Shown here: in pieces, positions 1 through 9,807 of the stretch
Layout of the letters: every line of letters starts with the position of its first letter
How positions within the stretch are numbered: position 1 is the stretch's first letter
Translations under genes and position numbers: made by a program
The notes under the pieces: model-generated
Databases searched by the model: none
What the model saw: the letters and a program-made list of their open reading frames with translations, nothing else
What the model was told of the DNA's origin: nothing
DNA from: an uncultured Bordetella sp.
Lineage (GTDB): Bacteria; Pseudomonadota; Alphaproteobacteria; Micropepsales; Micropepsaceae
Length of the DNA: 64,000 nucleotides
NCBI GenBank assembly: GCA_964446945.1
Contig: CAYUQO010000012.1
Location: 20,194-84,193, forward strand
Direction of reading: 5' to 3'

Positions 1-464
1 CCCTTCCGGGCATTTCCGGGCGCAAAGGATGCATTCAATCCGGTGGGCGTCGAAATCACACCGAGGCAGTTCGGGCCGATGATCCGCAGCAGATGCGGCC
101 GTGCCGCGTCATAGATCTGTTGCTTGAGTGCTTTGCCGGCATCGCTGCGTTCAAACCCGGCGGTGATAATGACGGCTGCTTTCGTTCCGCGGGCGCCAAG
201 TTCGGAGATCAATCCCGGCACTGTCGGAGGCGGGGTGCAGATCACCGCGAGATCCGGCGCAAATGGCAGCGATCCAACATTGGGAAAGCAAAGCACGCCG
301 GCGACAGATTTATGCTTCGGGTTTACCGGGAGGATGGGTCCGTCAAAACCACCGGAGAGCAAATTCTCCATCGTGACCAATCCAGCCGAGCACGGACGAT
401 TGGTCGCGCCAATCAATGCGACTGATCGAGGACGGAATACCGCGTCAAGATTGCGGACAGACAC
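1..464 (-). CDS. ADP-forming acetate--CoA ligase / acyl-CoA synthetase family protein, N-terminal CoA-binding part (gene runs off the window)
   Basis: Not in the ORF track because there is no stop in the window. Reverse translation reads VRNLDAVFRPRSVALIGATNRPCSAGLV...PVNPKHKSVAGVLCFPNVGSLPFAPDLAVICTPP...LLRIIGPNCLGVISTPTGLNASFAP (CoA-binding fold, GPNCLG motif). Candidate GTG start at 464 overlaps the flavodoxin gene end. Confidence 0.6.
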   Translation of the reverse strand, partial: MSVRNLDAVFRPRSVALIGATNRPCSAGLVTMENLLSGGFDGPILPVNPKHKSVAGVLCFPNVGSLPFAPDLAVICTPPPTVPGLISELGARGTKAAVIITAGFERSDAGKALKQQIYDAARPHLLRIIGPNCLGVISTPTGLNASFAPGNARK

Positions 465-1011
465 CCGGCAACGTCCTGGCTGGCGATTTTACGAATTCCG
501 AGACAAACGTTTTAACCGCATCGTAGTCAGTAAGGTCGTAGTCCCGCGAGGTCACGGTCTGCTGACCGCGGCGAGCGGCAATGAACTTGATCGCCAGCCG
601 CTTGAAGAAATCGTACTGGCTGTAACGGATCGCTCCGGCCGCATGGTAGGTTGCCGTTGGCTTCCACATCGTCTCGTTCTGGAAGTGCGCCACACATTGC
701 TCGAGGCCCTCCCAGTCGTCGGGGTTCTCGCCAGCGGCTGACAGCGATACAGAAATGAAGGCGCTGGGCTTTTGATTCAGAATTTCATGGTGTGCGCGTG
801 CGAATTCGACAAGCGGCGCCTGATACCGGCCGACGTGAAGAGACGCCGCAAGGAACACCAAATCATATGTGCGCGGATCAGGTATTGCATTCTTGCCACC
901 GGCTTCCCTGACGATCACCTCCTGTCCGTCCTGCCGCAGGCAGTTGGCGGCGAATTCCGACAGTTCACGCGTATGCCCCTCGGTGGTCCCGTATACGATC
1001 AAGATGCGCAT
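445..1011 (-). CDS. Flavodoxin-domain protein
   Basis: 188 aa starting MRILIVYGTTEGHTRELSEF (flavodoxin FMN-binding loop). Overlaps the upstream Prs-like gene by 13 nt. Confidence 0.8.
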   Translation of the reverse strand: MRILIVYGTTEGHTRELSEFAANCLRQDGQEVIVREAGGKNAIPDPRTYDLVFLAASLHVGRYQAPLVEFARAHHEILNQKPSAFISVSLSAAGENPDDWEGLEQCVAHFQNETMWKPTATYHAAGAIRYSQYDFFKRLAIKFIAARRGQQTVTSRDYDLTDYDAVKTFVSEFVKSPARTLPGVCPQS

Positions 1012-1910
1012 AAAGGAATCTCTGGCGGTTGGAGTTCAGCAATGCAGGATACAATAACGCTCGTGACGTCGACGGCATTTGTTGCATGCGAAATCGTATT
1101 CGAAGTGACGACGGTAGCTCCTTCTGCAGCAAGCTTCTCGTCGGACCGGTCGGCAAAAATTCCATGTACCGCGATGCAAACGGGCCGCGCCGGATGCTTT
1201 TTTACGATGAGGCGAACGGTTTCGAGCATGGTTTGGCCCGATGCGACAATGTCATCGACAATGACCGGCGTCCGTCCCTGAAGTTCATTGTCATTCGGTA
1301 ACTGGATTTCGACTTCGCGGTCGCCACGCCGGATTTTTTTCAGGATAACAAACGGAGTTTTGGCTGTTTCAGCAATGGCGCAGACCCATTGCTCGCTTTC
1401 CCGATCTGGGCCGATCAGGATTGGATTCTGCACATGTTTCGCCATCCATGCTGCCATCAGCGGCGCCGCGTGACCGGCGCGCGCGGGAATCGCATAGATG
1501 GCAGACAGCGAATGCTGACGGTGCAAATGCGGATCGATCGTCACCAGCCAGTCGAACGCGCCGCAAATCTCCCGGGCCAGGCAGCGGGACGTGACAGCTT
1601 CACCGGGACGAAAACGCTGGTCCTGGCGCATATAGGCCAGATATGGCGCGACAAGTCCGACGCGCCTTGCGCCGAGCTCGCGCGCAGTTCGGGCGGCGAA
1701 CAACAGGGGCAGGAATTTAGTATCAGGCCGATCGAGCGTGCAGACAATCGCAATGTCATGTCCCCCCGGATCGCTCGCGTAACGCAACCAGGATTCGCCA
1801 TCCGGAAACCGGCGGGTTTCAAGCACTCCAGGTTGGCCATCAATGGTGCGGGCGATGTTTGCGGCCATCGCCTCATTGGAAGGCATCGCGAAGATCAGCA
1901 TGCCGCTCAC
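999..1910 (-). CDS. Ribose-phosphate pyrophosphokinase-like phosphoribosyltransferase
   Basis: 303 aa with Prs-like N-terminal domain and PRPP-binding loop (VIVDDIVASGQT). GTG start forms a GTGA overlap with the stop of the upstream gene. Confidence 0.8.
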   Translation of the reverse strand: MSGMLIFAMPSNEAMAANIARTIDGQPGVLETRRFPDGESWLRYASDPGGHDIAIVCTLDRPDTKFLPLLFAARTARELGARRVGLVAPYLAYMRQDQRFRPGEAVTSRCLAREICGAFDWLVTIDPHLHRQHSLSAIYAIPARAGHAAPLMAAWMAKHVQNPILIGPDRESEQWVCAIAETAKTPFVILKKIRRGDREVEIQLPNDNELQGRTPVIVDDIVASGQTMLETVRLIVKKHPARPVCIAVHGIFADRSDEKLAAEGATVVTSNTISHATNAVDVTSVIVSCIAELQPPEIPLCAS

Positions 1911-3436
1911 CTTGCGATGTGGAAAATGCCGGGATTGGCCGAAGCGTAATCCATGGCATAGGCAAGTTCACCCGGGCTCTGGGCGTGGACAATGGAGAGT
2001 GGCTGTTTTGCCTCGATAGAATCCCCGAGACGCACGCACATCTCCACCCCGGCGGCTTTCGCCTCAGGCGCGCCGGCGAGTTTGGCGACGGTGCTGAGTT
2101 TGCGATTGTCGATGGCGGCCAACCGGCCTGCATGCGCCGCAAGAATCGGCATCCGGTGCGAAGATGCCGGCGGGGCGCGCAGCCCGCCTTGCGCTTTGCA
2201 GATGCGTTGAAATTTCGCCCAGGCGCGGCCATCATCGAGACACCGGGCGGCGAGTACGCTTCCATTGCCGTCACCTGTGACCCCGCAGAGTTCCAGCAGA
2301 GTTCCGGCGAGCGCAATTGCGCGTGCGCGCAAGTCCGCCGGTGCATCTTTTGTCCCCTGCAAGACTTCGAGAACGTCACGAGCCTCGAGCGCAGGACCAA
2401 TGCCGCGACCAACCGGCTGGTCACCCTGTGACGGTACGATCCTGACCTTGATGCCGAAGACTTCGGCAATTTCGGTCAGGCGAGAGGTTAAACCCCGGGC
2501 CGCCTCCTGCGTTCGAACCTTGGCCGTCTCGCCCACCGGCATGTCGATGACGAGGTGCGTGGCGCCCGCGGCGATTTTCTTTGACAGGACGGACGCAATG
2601 AGTTGGCCTTCGGTATCGATGTCCAGAGCGCGTTCCACGCGAATGAGAATATCGTCCGCGGGGCTCAGCCGCACGGCACCACCCCAGACGATGCAGCCAC
2701 CCTCATTTTCGACCACGCGGTGAATTGCCGGTAGATCAAGATCGACCGGCGTCAGCGTTTCCATTGCGTCAGCCGTTCCGGAAGGCGAGGTGATCGCGCG
2801 CGAAGAAGTTTTGGGAATGGTCAATCCCAGGGCAGATGCGATCGAAACAACAATTGGTGTCGTGCGATTGCCGGGAAGACCGCCCACCGAATGTTTGTCG
2901 GCGACAATATCGGCGTTCCACGACAGCCGGTCTCCGGAATTGACCATCGCTTTCGTCAGTGAAAGCACTTCGGCACGATCCAGCGGGCGCGTCGCGCAGG
3001 CGGTGATGAACGCTGAAATCAGGATTTCCGAATAATGGCCATCAACGATGTCGCAAATGACGGCATGCAGGGAATTGTCGTTAAAGCGGTGTCCAAGAAT
3101 GCGGCTGCGTACGTGGCTGAGTGAGGGGATCGGCTCCGGATGCTCGACCGAAAGCAAATCGCCGGGCTGGAGCCGAAGCTCCACCCATGCGCTCTCGGAG
3201 AGGCCCGCTTCATGGGTTCCGACGAGGCCATCAACGGATTGAAACAATGTCGCGATGATATGCCGATCCCGATGGCGAAGGAGTACGCGATTGTGAGGGA
3301 TGAAACCCTCTGAGCGGCATACGGGACAGTTGCGATTCATCAGGACGATGAATTCGGAGCCGGACTCGATCGCGAGCCGCCGGACGGACAAGTGGCGGCG
3401 CGGAGCGAAATTCTGCTGCAACACGTCCGCGCTCAT
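1907..3436 (-). CDS. Thymidine phosphorylase family protein with N-terminal extension (AMP-phosphorylase-like)
   Basis: Glycosyl-transferase family 3 / pyrimidine-nucleoside phosphorylase motifs (DKHSVGGLPGNRTTPIVV, TSSRAITSPSGTADAME) plus a ~90-aa N-terminal domain. ATG at 3436 forms an ATGA overlap with the stop of the upstream MBL gene. The longer track ORF (to 3475) was rejected. Confidence 0.8.
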   Translation of the reverse strand: MSADVLQQNFAPRRHLSVRRLAIESGSEFIVLMNRNCPVCRSEGFIPHNRVLLRHRDRHIIATLFQSVDGLVGTHEAGLSESAWVELRLQPGDLLSVEHPEPIPSLSHVRSRILGHRFNDNSLHAVICDIVDGHYSEILISAFITACATRPLDRAEVLSLTKAMVNSGDRLSWNADIVADKHSVGGLPGNRTTPIVVSIASALGLTIPKTSSRAITSPSGTADAMETLTPVDLDLPAIHRVVENEGGCIVWGGAVRLSPADDILIRVERALDIDTEGQLIASVLSKKIAAGATHLVIDMPVGETAKVRTQEAARGLTSRLTEIAEVFGIKVRIVPSQGDQPVGRGIGPALEARDVLEVLQGTKDAPADLRARAIALAGTLLELCGVTGDGNGSVLAARCLDDGRAWAKFQRICKAQGGLRAPPASSHRMPILAAHAGRLAAIDNRKLSTVAKLAGAPEAKAAGVEMCVRLGDSIEAKQPLSIVHAQSPGELAYAMDYASANPGIFHIAR

Positions 3437-4800
3437 GACAGTGTCTCCGTTTGCGCAAAATCCGGGACCACGCATTTCCAGCCGAATTTTTCGTCAATGC
3501 GGCGGCGGAGTGCATCGGATTCCGAAGGTTCGCCATGGGTTATGAAGGTGGTCCGCGGCGCTTTTGAAAAGCAGCTCAGCCAGCGGAGAACCTCATCGGC
3601 GTCAGCATGCGCAGACAGCCCCTCGATCTGTCGTACTGCCGCGCGGACCGGCACATATTCTCCGTGAATCTTGACCGACTCAGCCCCGGCGAGGATCGCC
3701 GCACCGCGCGTACCGCCGGCCTGAAATCCGGTGAATATGATCGCGTTCCGGGCATCCGGGGCATAGTGCTTGAGATGATGCAGAATGCGGCCGCCGGTCG
3801 CCATGCCGCTCGCCGACAGGATAATCTTTGTTTCGGTGCTGGCCGTAAGGGTTTTTGACGATTCCATGTCGCGGACATAGATCGCGCCGCCAAAGATCTG
3901 TCTGCATTGCTCCGTATCCAGCCGGTGGTCCTGAGGATGCTTCTGGAAGATATCGGTGGCGTCCTGGGCCATGGGACTGTCCAGGTAAACCGGCAGGTTT
4001 GCGGGAATCCGGCCGGAGCGCTTCAGGCGATGGAGAAAATAGAGAATCTCCTGGGACCGGCCGACTGCGAATGCCGGGATCAGAACTGTTCCGCCGGACG
4101 CGATTGTTGCGTTGATTGTCTGTGAAAGCATTTCGGCGGGATCGCGTGTGTCGTGCCGGCGGCCGCCATAGGTCGATTCGCAGATCAGATAATCGGCGTG
4201 ATGAATGGAATCGGGCGCCTGCACCAGCGCATCGTCAAATCGTCCAAGATCACCGGAGAACAGAATAGTGATTCCTGCGCAGCGCAATTCCACCGAAGCC
4301 GCGCCGATGGTGTGTCCCGCGCGATGGAGGAAAAACTCCATTTCATCGTTGAGACTGCACCAGCGATGGAATTCGACCGGTTCAAGCAGCCGCAGCGAAT
4401 TGCGTGCGTCCTGTTCCGTGAACAGCGGCAGGGCCGGCTTGTGTTTCGAGAAACCGTGCCGGTTGGCAAATTCCGCATATTTCTCTTCGAGATGTCCGGT
4501 ATCCGGCAAAAGTATGGCGCAAAGATCGGCGGTGGCGCCGGTACACCAGACTGCTGCGTTGTAGCCCTGCTTCGCGAGGAGCGGCAGATAACCCGAGTGA
4601 TCGATGTGGGAATGTGTCAGGACAATGTTGCCGATCGATGACGGACGTATCGGGAAGGGATTCCAGTTTTTCAGGCGCAGGGCCTTGAAGCCCTGAAACA
4701 GGCCGCAATCCACGAGCACGCGATGGCGCGCCGTCTCGACGAGGTAACGCGACCCGGTCACCGTTCCGGCAGCGCCGAGGAATGAAATCTTGACCGTCAC
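3433..4800 (-). CDS. MBL-fold metallo-hydrolase with beta-CASP / RNA-specificity domain
   Basis: 455 aa with HSHIDHSG metallo-beta-lactamase motif, beta-CASP middle region and C-terminal HGE. GTG start; FNR/FixK-type box 63.5 nt upstream. Confidence 0.85.
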   Translation of the reverse strand: MTVKISFLGAAGTVTGSRYLVETARHRVLVDCGLFQGFKALRLKNWNPFPIRPSSIGNIVLTHSHIDHSGYLPLLAKQGYNAAVWCTGATADLCAILLPDTGHLEEKYAEFANRHGFSKHKPALPLFTEQDARNSLRLLEPVEFHRWCSLNDEMEFFLHRAGHTIGAASVELRCAGITILFSGDLGRFDDALVQAPDSIHHADYLICESTYGGRRHDTRDPAEMLSQTINATIASGGTVLIPAFAVGRSQEILYFLHRLKRSGRIPANLPVYLDSPMAQDATDIFQKHPQDHRLDTEQCRQIFGGAIYVRDMESSKTLTASTETKIILSASGMATGGRILHHLKHYAPDARNAIIFTGFQAGGTRGAAILAGAESVKIHGEYVPVRAAVRQIEGLSAHADADEVLRWLSCFSKAPRTTFITHGEPSESDALRRRIDEKFGWKCVVPDFAQTETLS

Positions 4801-4856
4801 GTTTAACCCGCGCCCGATTGTCAGGGATGCACTAGCCGTTTCGCGAGGGGCAGGAA

Positions 4857-4870
4857 TTGACCTGCCTCAA
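4857..4870. promoter_or_regulatory. FNR/FixK-type box TTGACCTGCCTCAA
   Basis: Matches TTGA-N6-TCAA. The centre is 63.5 nt upstream of the GTG at 4800 (minus-strand operon), consistent with a class II -41.5 site plus a ~22-nt leader. Confidence 0.6.
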
Positions 4871-4952
4871 TGGCCGGAGGCGCGATCCGGCCTAATTGAC
4901 GGTCATGTGCCGGGATGACCGGCCGCAATTCGCGAACGGAATCCGGGCCGAA

Positions 4953-5705
4953 ATGCCGCAACAGCAGGCCGTCACCAATTTGCGCGAAGCGCCGCTCCGG
5001 CGTCCGGCCGTATTTCGGGCCGAGTCCCTGACCAAGGACTATCTGACCGGCGAATTCGCGGTCCATGCGCTCCGCGGCATCTCATTCGATATCTATGAGG
5101 CCGAGCTGATGGTTTTGCTTGGACCTTCCGGATCGGGAAAATCGACGCTTTTGAATATTCTCGGCGGACTGGATTGCGCCACGACGGGCAAAGTGTTCTT
5201 CCGCAACCACGATCTGACCGCAATGAATGATCGTGAATTGACGCTGTACCGGCGGCAGCATGTCGGCTTTGTGTTCCAGTTCTACAATCTGATTCCGAGC
5301 CTGACAGCGCGGGAAAATGTCAGCCTGGTGACTGAAATCTCACCCAATCCGATGGCGCCCGAGGAAGCTCTGGGACTGGTGGGCCTGCAGAACCGGCTGG
5401 ATCACTTTCCGGCGCAGTTGTCGGGCGGCGAGCAGCAGCGCGTGGCGATCGCCCGTGCGATTGCCAAGCGTCCCGAGCTGCTGCTTTGCGATGAACCGAC
5501 CGGAGCGCTCGATTGCGCGACTGGCATTGCCGTGCTGGAAGCGATCACCCGGATCAATGCCGAACTCGGAACCACGGTCGTCGTGATCACGCATAACGCG
5601 GCGATTGCCAGGATGGCGGACCGCGTGGTTTGGTTCGCGAACGGACAGATTGCAAAAATCACGGCCAATCCGGCGCGCTCCCCGGTGCAAAGCATTTCGT
5701 GGTAG
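4953..5705 (+). CDS. ABC transporter ATP-binding protein (MacB/DevA-like)
   Basis: Walker [10 protein letters not shown], signature LSGGEQQR, Walker B LLLCDEPT. Start is uncertain: the track ORF begins at TTG 4896, ATG 4953 was chosen, and TTG 4980 is also possible. Confidence 0.8.
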   Translation: MPQQQAVTNLREAPLRRPAVFRAESLTKDYLTGEFAVHALRGISFDIYEAELMVLLGPSGSGKSTLLNILGGLDCATTGKVFFRNHDLTAMNDRELTLYRRQHVGFVFQFYNLIPSLTARENVSLVTEISPNPMAPEEALGLVGLQNRLDHFPAQLSGGEQQRVAIARAIAKRPELLLCDEPTGALDCATGIAVLEAITRINAELGTTVVVITHNAAIARMADRVVWFANGQIAKITANPARSPVQSISW

Positions 5706-5709
5706 CCGG

Positions 5710-8070
5710 ATGCGCCCGCTCAACCGGAAACTCCTTCGCGATCTTTGGCGCATCCGGATGCAGGCGGCGGCGATCGCGCTGGTCATGGCCTGCGGCATTG
5801 CCATTATGTTGATGAGTTTCGGCGCAATGCGCTCGCTCTCCGAGACACGCGACACATATTACGAGCGCTATCAATTCGCGGACATTTTCGCGAATGTTAC
5901 GCGCGCGCCATTCTCCGCTGCCGCAAAAATCGCAGCTATTCCCGGCGTGGCCGCTGTTGATGCGCGGATCGTCCACAATGTGACTTTGGATATTCCGGAT
6001 CTCGACCAGCCTGCGATCGGCGAGCTGGTGTCCTTGCCGGCGGGCGGCCATTCACGCACGAACAATATCCTTCTGCGGCAGGGGCGGCTGCCGCGAACCG
6101 GCAGTGACGAAGTGCTGATGAGCGAAAATCTCGCCAATGCCAATCATTACCGGCCGGGAGACCGTCTGCAGGCGACGATCAATGGCAAGCAGCGCAGCCT
6201 GACCGTGGTTGGAATCGCACTGTCGCCGGAATTCGTCTACGTGCTTGGCCCCGGGCAACTGGTGCCGGACAACCGCAGCTTCGGCATTCTCTGGCTCGAT
6301 CGGGAGACGCTGGAAGCGGCATATGACCTGAAGGGCGCGTTCAACAATCTCAGTGTCGCGCTGATGCCGCATGTTTCCCAGGCGGACGTGATTTCCCGGA
6401 TGGATGACATTCTCGACCGCTATGGGGGAACCGGCGCCTATGGCCGCGACGATCAATTGAGCCATGCCTTCATCCAGCAGGAACTCGATCAACTCTGGAC
6501 GCTCGCGACCATATTGCCGCCGATCTTTCTCTGCGTGGCAGCTTTCCTGATCAACATGATCATGTCGCGGCTGATCGACCTGGATCACGAACAGATCGGC
6601 CTGCTGAAAGCATTCGGCTATTCCAATGCGGCGGTCGGCTGGCATTACCTGAAATTCACCGCGATCATTGCGTGCCTCGGAATTTTTCTGGGCACGTTCG
6701 CGGGACTTCTGCTGGGCGCGCGAATGACCCGGATGTACCAGGAATATTTTCACTTCCCGTTTCTGTTTTTGCGGACCGATCCGGCGGTGCTGGCTTTATC
6801 TGCCGGCGTTGCGCTGGCGGCATCGGTTGGCGGAACGGGAGCGGCCATCATGCGTGCCGTTCGTCTTGCCCCGGCCGTGGCGATGATCCCCCCCGCCCCG
6901 ACGAATTATCGCTCCGGTATCCTCGACCGGCTGAATCTGACGCGGTTCCTTTCCGAGCCGACGCGCATGATTTTCCGGCATATCGGCCGGTGGCCGCTGC
7001 GGTCCTTGCTGACTGCGTTCGGCATCTCGCTGGCAGCCGCGGTGCTGATCGCGGCGTTTTTCATGTTCGATGCCATCGAAGAAATGGTCGACAGCACTTA
7101 TTTCCGGATCAACCGGCAGGACGCGACAGTGACCTTTTATGAACCACGCAGCATGAAATCCGCATTCGATGTGGCACATTTGCCGGGCGTGAGAGAGGTC
7201 GAGCCGATCCGCCAGGTATCTGTCCGGCTGCATCACGGCCATCTCGTGCAGCGCGTGCAGATTTACGGCAGCGGTACGGAAGCCCGTTTGAAAAGGCTGC
7301 TGGATTCGAATGACCGGCCGATCACCGTTCCAGCGGAAGGCATTGTCCTGTCATCGAAGCTGGCGGAACTCCTGGACATGCATCGGGGCGAGGTGGTTGC
7401 GGTGGACATACTGGAAGGCGCGCGGCGCAAGACCGAAGTCCCGGTGAGCGGGATCGTTTCCGAATATATCGGCGTCTCGGCATATATGAACATCAATGCG
7501 CTGAACCGGTTGACCGGAGAAGCGGAGTCGATCAGCGGCGCCCATGTACTGCTGGATACCAACCGGACGGCGGAATTCTTTGCGGCGCTGAAAAACAACC
7601 CTTCGACGGGAATTGTAACCCTGCGGAGTTCGGCAATTCGCGCGTTCCGCGAAACCATGGCCCGCAGCATGCTGATCGTCATTTCGTTTTATGTCGGGTT
7701 CGGCGCCGTGATCTCATTTGGCATCTGCTACAACACGGCACGCATCGCAATTTCCGAGCGGGGGCGCGAACTCGCCAGTCTGCGCGTGCTCGGATTCACC
7801 AAAATCGAGGCCGGATATATTCTGCTCGGCGAACTGGTAGTGCTGGTGTTGCTGGCGCTGCCATTTGGCGCGATCTTCGGTTACGGACTGTCGTGGTTCA
7901 TGAGTTCGCGCATGGAGACCAAATTGTTCCGTGTGCCGTTCATCATCCAGCCTTCCACATATGGCACGGCCTTGGTGATACTGATCGTCAGCGCGGCGAT
8001 ATCCCTGATTGCCGCGGCGATCCGGGTGGGACGGATCGATCTGCTGTCGGCACTGAAAGCGCCGGAGTAG
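5710..8070 (+). CDS. ABC transporter permease with two FtsX domains (DevC/MacB-like)
   Basis: About 786 aa from ATG 5710 ([25 protein letters not shown]), 5 nt after the ATPase stop. Large periplasmic loops and repeated FtsX-type TM bundles. Confidence 0.85.
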   Translation: MRPLNRKLLRDLWRIRMQAAAIALVMACGIAIMLMSFGAMRSLSETRDTYYERYQFADIFANVTRAPFSAAAKIAAIPGVAAVDARIVHNVTLDIPDLDQPAIGELVSLPAGGHSRTNNILLRQGRLPRTGSDEVLMSENLANANHYRPGDRLQATINGKQRSLTVVGIALSPEFVYVLGPGQLVPDNRSFGILWLDRETLEAAYDLKGAFNNLSVALMPHVSQADVISRMDDILDRYGGTGAYGRDDQLSHAFIQQELDQLWTLATILPPIFLCVAAFLINMIMSRLIDLDHEQIGLLKAFGYSNAAVGWHYLKFTAIIACLGIFLGTFAGLLLGARMTRMYQEYFHFPFLFLRTDPAVLALSAGVALAASVGGTGAAIMRAVRLAPAVAMIPPAPTNYRSGILDRLNLTRFLSEPTRMIFRHIGRWPLRSLLTAFGISLAAAVLIAAFFMFDAIEEMVDSTYFRINRQDATVTFYEPRSMKSAFDVAHLPGVREVEPIRQVSVRLHHGHLVQRVQIYGSGTEARLKRLLDSNDRPITVPAEGIVLSSKLAELLDMHRGEVVAVDILEGARRKTEVPVSGIVSEYIGVSAYMNINALNRLTGEAESISGAHVLLDTNRTAEFFAALKNNPSTGIVTLRSSAIRAFRETMARSMLIVISFYVGFGAVISFGICYNTARIAISERGRELASLRVLGFTKIEAGYILLGELVVLVLLALPFGAIFGYGLSWFMSSRMETKLFRVPFIIQPSTYGTALVILIVSAAISLIAAAIRVGRIDLLSALKAPE

Positions 8071-8074
8071 CGGA

Positions 8075-9265
8075 ATGGCGGTCGGACGCATATTCGGCTG
8101 GTCGGTTGCGCTGCTGATCGTGGCGGCGGCGCTGGCGTGGAGCTTCTGGCCGCAACCCGTCGCGATCGATGTTGCGCAGGTGACGCGCGGTCCGCTTCAG
8201 GTCAGCGTCGAAGATGAAGGGCGTACGCGGGTGAAGGATGCCTATGTGGTGTCCGCGCCGGTGGCGGGCCGGCTGCTGCGGATCGGGAATCGCGCCGGAG
8301 AACAGGTGACTGCGGGCGAAGTGGTTGCCCAATTGCAGCCGAGCTTACCCGGCTTTCTCGATGCCCGCGCGCGCGCCCAGGCCGAGGCGGCGGTGAAGGC
8401 GGCGGAAGCGGCGCGCAATTCGGCGGCAGCGGTGGTTGCCGAGGCGCAGGCGGATGTCGAGCACGCCGAACCGGAATTGCGGCGCAATGAATTGCTCGCT
8501 TCCCGCGGGCTGACGGCGACGATGCTGCTCGAGGATGCGCAACGGCAGGAAAGGCTGGCGGTCGCGGCGCTGGAAGCGGCCAAAGCCGCATTGCGGGTGA
8601 AGGAATTCGAGCTGGAAAATGCACGGGCTTTGCTCGCCGACTTCCGCGACGCGAATGCACAGGCGGTTATTTCGCTGAAAGCGCCGGTGAGTGGGAATGT
8701 CTTTCGGGTGTTGCAACAAAGCGAAACCGTTGTGCCAGCAGGCACTGCAATCATGGAGATCGGCGATCCGCATGATCTGGAGGTCATGGTGGAGTATCTT
8801 TCGACGGATGCCGCCAAGGTGGTTCCCGGAGCCGAGGCCATCATCACGGACTGGGGTGGCGAGAAGGATCTGTCGGCCACGGTGCGCCTCGTGGAGCCTT
8901 CCGGCTTCACGAAGATCTCGGCGCTCGGCGTCGAAGAGCAGCGCGTTCGTGTGATCCTCGACATCAGAGAGCCGGCTGCGGTGTGGCGGCAGCTTGGAGA
9001 TGGTTTTCGCGTCAATGCGAAGATTGTGGTCTGGCAGACCGCCGATGCGATCCGGGTTCCGCTCGGCGCGCTGTTCCGCAACGGAAATGTCTGGCAGACA
9101 TTCGTGGTGCGGAATGGGCGCGCAGTGCGCACGACTGTTTCGATCGGGCGCAGCAATGACAGCGTCGCACAGGTGCTCGCCGGTTTGCGCCCGGGAGACC
9201 AGGTGATTCTCCACCCAAGTGATCAGATCACGGACGGCACGCGGCTCGCCGTCAGGGCCGGGTGA
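8075..9265 (+). CDS. HlyD-family periplasmic adaptor subunit
   Basis: 396 aa with N-terminal TM, coiled-coil Ala/Glu-rich hairpin region and barrel-sandwich motifs. Immediately follows the permease. Confidence 0.85.
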   Translation: MAVGRIFGWSVALLIVAAALAWSFWPQPVAIDVAQVTRGPLQVSVEDEGRTRVKDAYVVSAPVAGRLLRIGNRAGEQVTAGEVVAQLQPSLPGFLDARARAQAEAAVKAAEAARNSAAAVVAEAQADVEHAEPELRRNELLASRGLTATMLLEDAQRQERLAVAALEAAKAALRVKEFELENARALLADFRDANAQAVISLKAPVSGNVFRVLQQSETVVPAGTAIMEIGDPHDLEVMVEYLSTDAAKVVPGAEAIITDWGGEKDLSATVRLVEPSGFTKISALGVEEQRVRVILDIREPAAVWRQLGDGFRVNAKIVVWQTADAIRVPLGALFRNGNVWQTFVVRNGRAVRTTVSIGRSNDSVAQVLAGLRPGDQVILHPSDQITDGTRLAVRAG

Positions 9266-9374
9266 GCGCCTCGCGGCGGCAGCCCTGATTTTTGGACGTC
9301 AGCGTATCACCTGATCGAGGACTGACCGGCAGAGCGTCACCGTCGTCCAACCGGTTCTGCGCTGCCAGGGCCCG

Positions 9375-9518
9375 TTATTCGAAATGCATCCAAAGATCGG
9401 CCGCGAAGAGGCCTGCCGCCAGCACGCACAAAGCGAGCAGCGGCAGCCAAAACACAATCAACGGAAAGCGCGGGAGTTTCTTCCGGCGCGCTGCACGACC
9501 ATGCGTATGCAGACTCAT
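9375..9518 (-). CDS. Hypothetical 47-aa single-TM membrane protein (below ORF-track threshold)
   Basis: MSLHTHGRAARRKKLPRFPLIVFWLPLLALCVLAAGLFAADLWMHFE. Basic N-terminus plus one hydrophobic helix; GAGG 5 nt upstream of the ATG. Confidence 0.35.
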   Translation of the reverse strand: MSLHTHGRAARRKKLPRFPLIVFWLPLLALCVLAAGLFAADLWMHFE

Positions 9519-9557
9519 GGCTGCCTCGCTGTGGGATGTGGAAGTGCAGGCGTCTCG

Positions 9558-9686
9558 CTATTGTTGCCTGTTGTTGTTTGATTGAATCCGGTTGTTGGGC
9601 AGGCACGCCCCCGGCGCAGCGAGTGCGGGAACCGCAACAAGGGCCACAACGGCGAGGGACAATAGCGTAAGCGTGTTTTTCATCAT
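9558..9686 (-). CDS. Hypothetical 42-aa exported peptide
   Basis: MMKNTLTLLSLAVVALVAVPALA/APGACLPNNRIQSNNNRQQ. Sec-type signal peptide then an Asn/Gln-rich 19-aa tail with one Cys; GGAGAG Shine-Dalgarno upstream. It is the last 42 codons of the spurious 279-aa track ORF 9558..10397. Confidence 0.4.
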   Translation of the reverse strand: MMKNTLTLLSLAVVALVAVPALAAPGACLPNNRIQSNNNRQQ

Positions 9687-9739
9687 GACGGCTCTCCGTT
9701 GAAACAACGGTTTTTGTAATCCGTTGTGTTCTTTACGGA

Positions 9740-9753
9740 TTGATCCATCGCAA
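9740..9753. promoter_or_regulatory. Degenerate FNR/FixK-type box TTGATCCATCGCAA, possibly bidirectional
   Basis: Left half-site is perfect; right half-site matches 3/5. The centre is 61.5 nt from ATG 9808 (exoD-like, +) and 60.5 nt from ATG 9686 (small peptide, -). Confidence 0.4.
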
Positions 9754-9807
9754 AGACGACTAGAATTTGCCGGGCAAATTTCATCAGGGCGGCTGGTGGA
9801 ATAAGAT

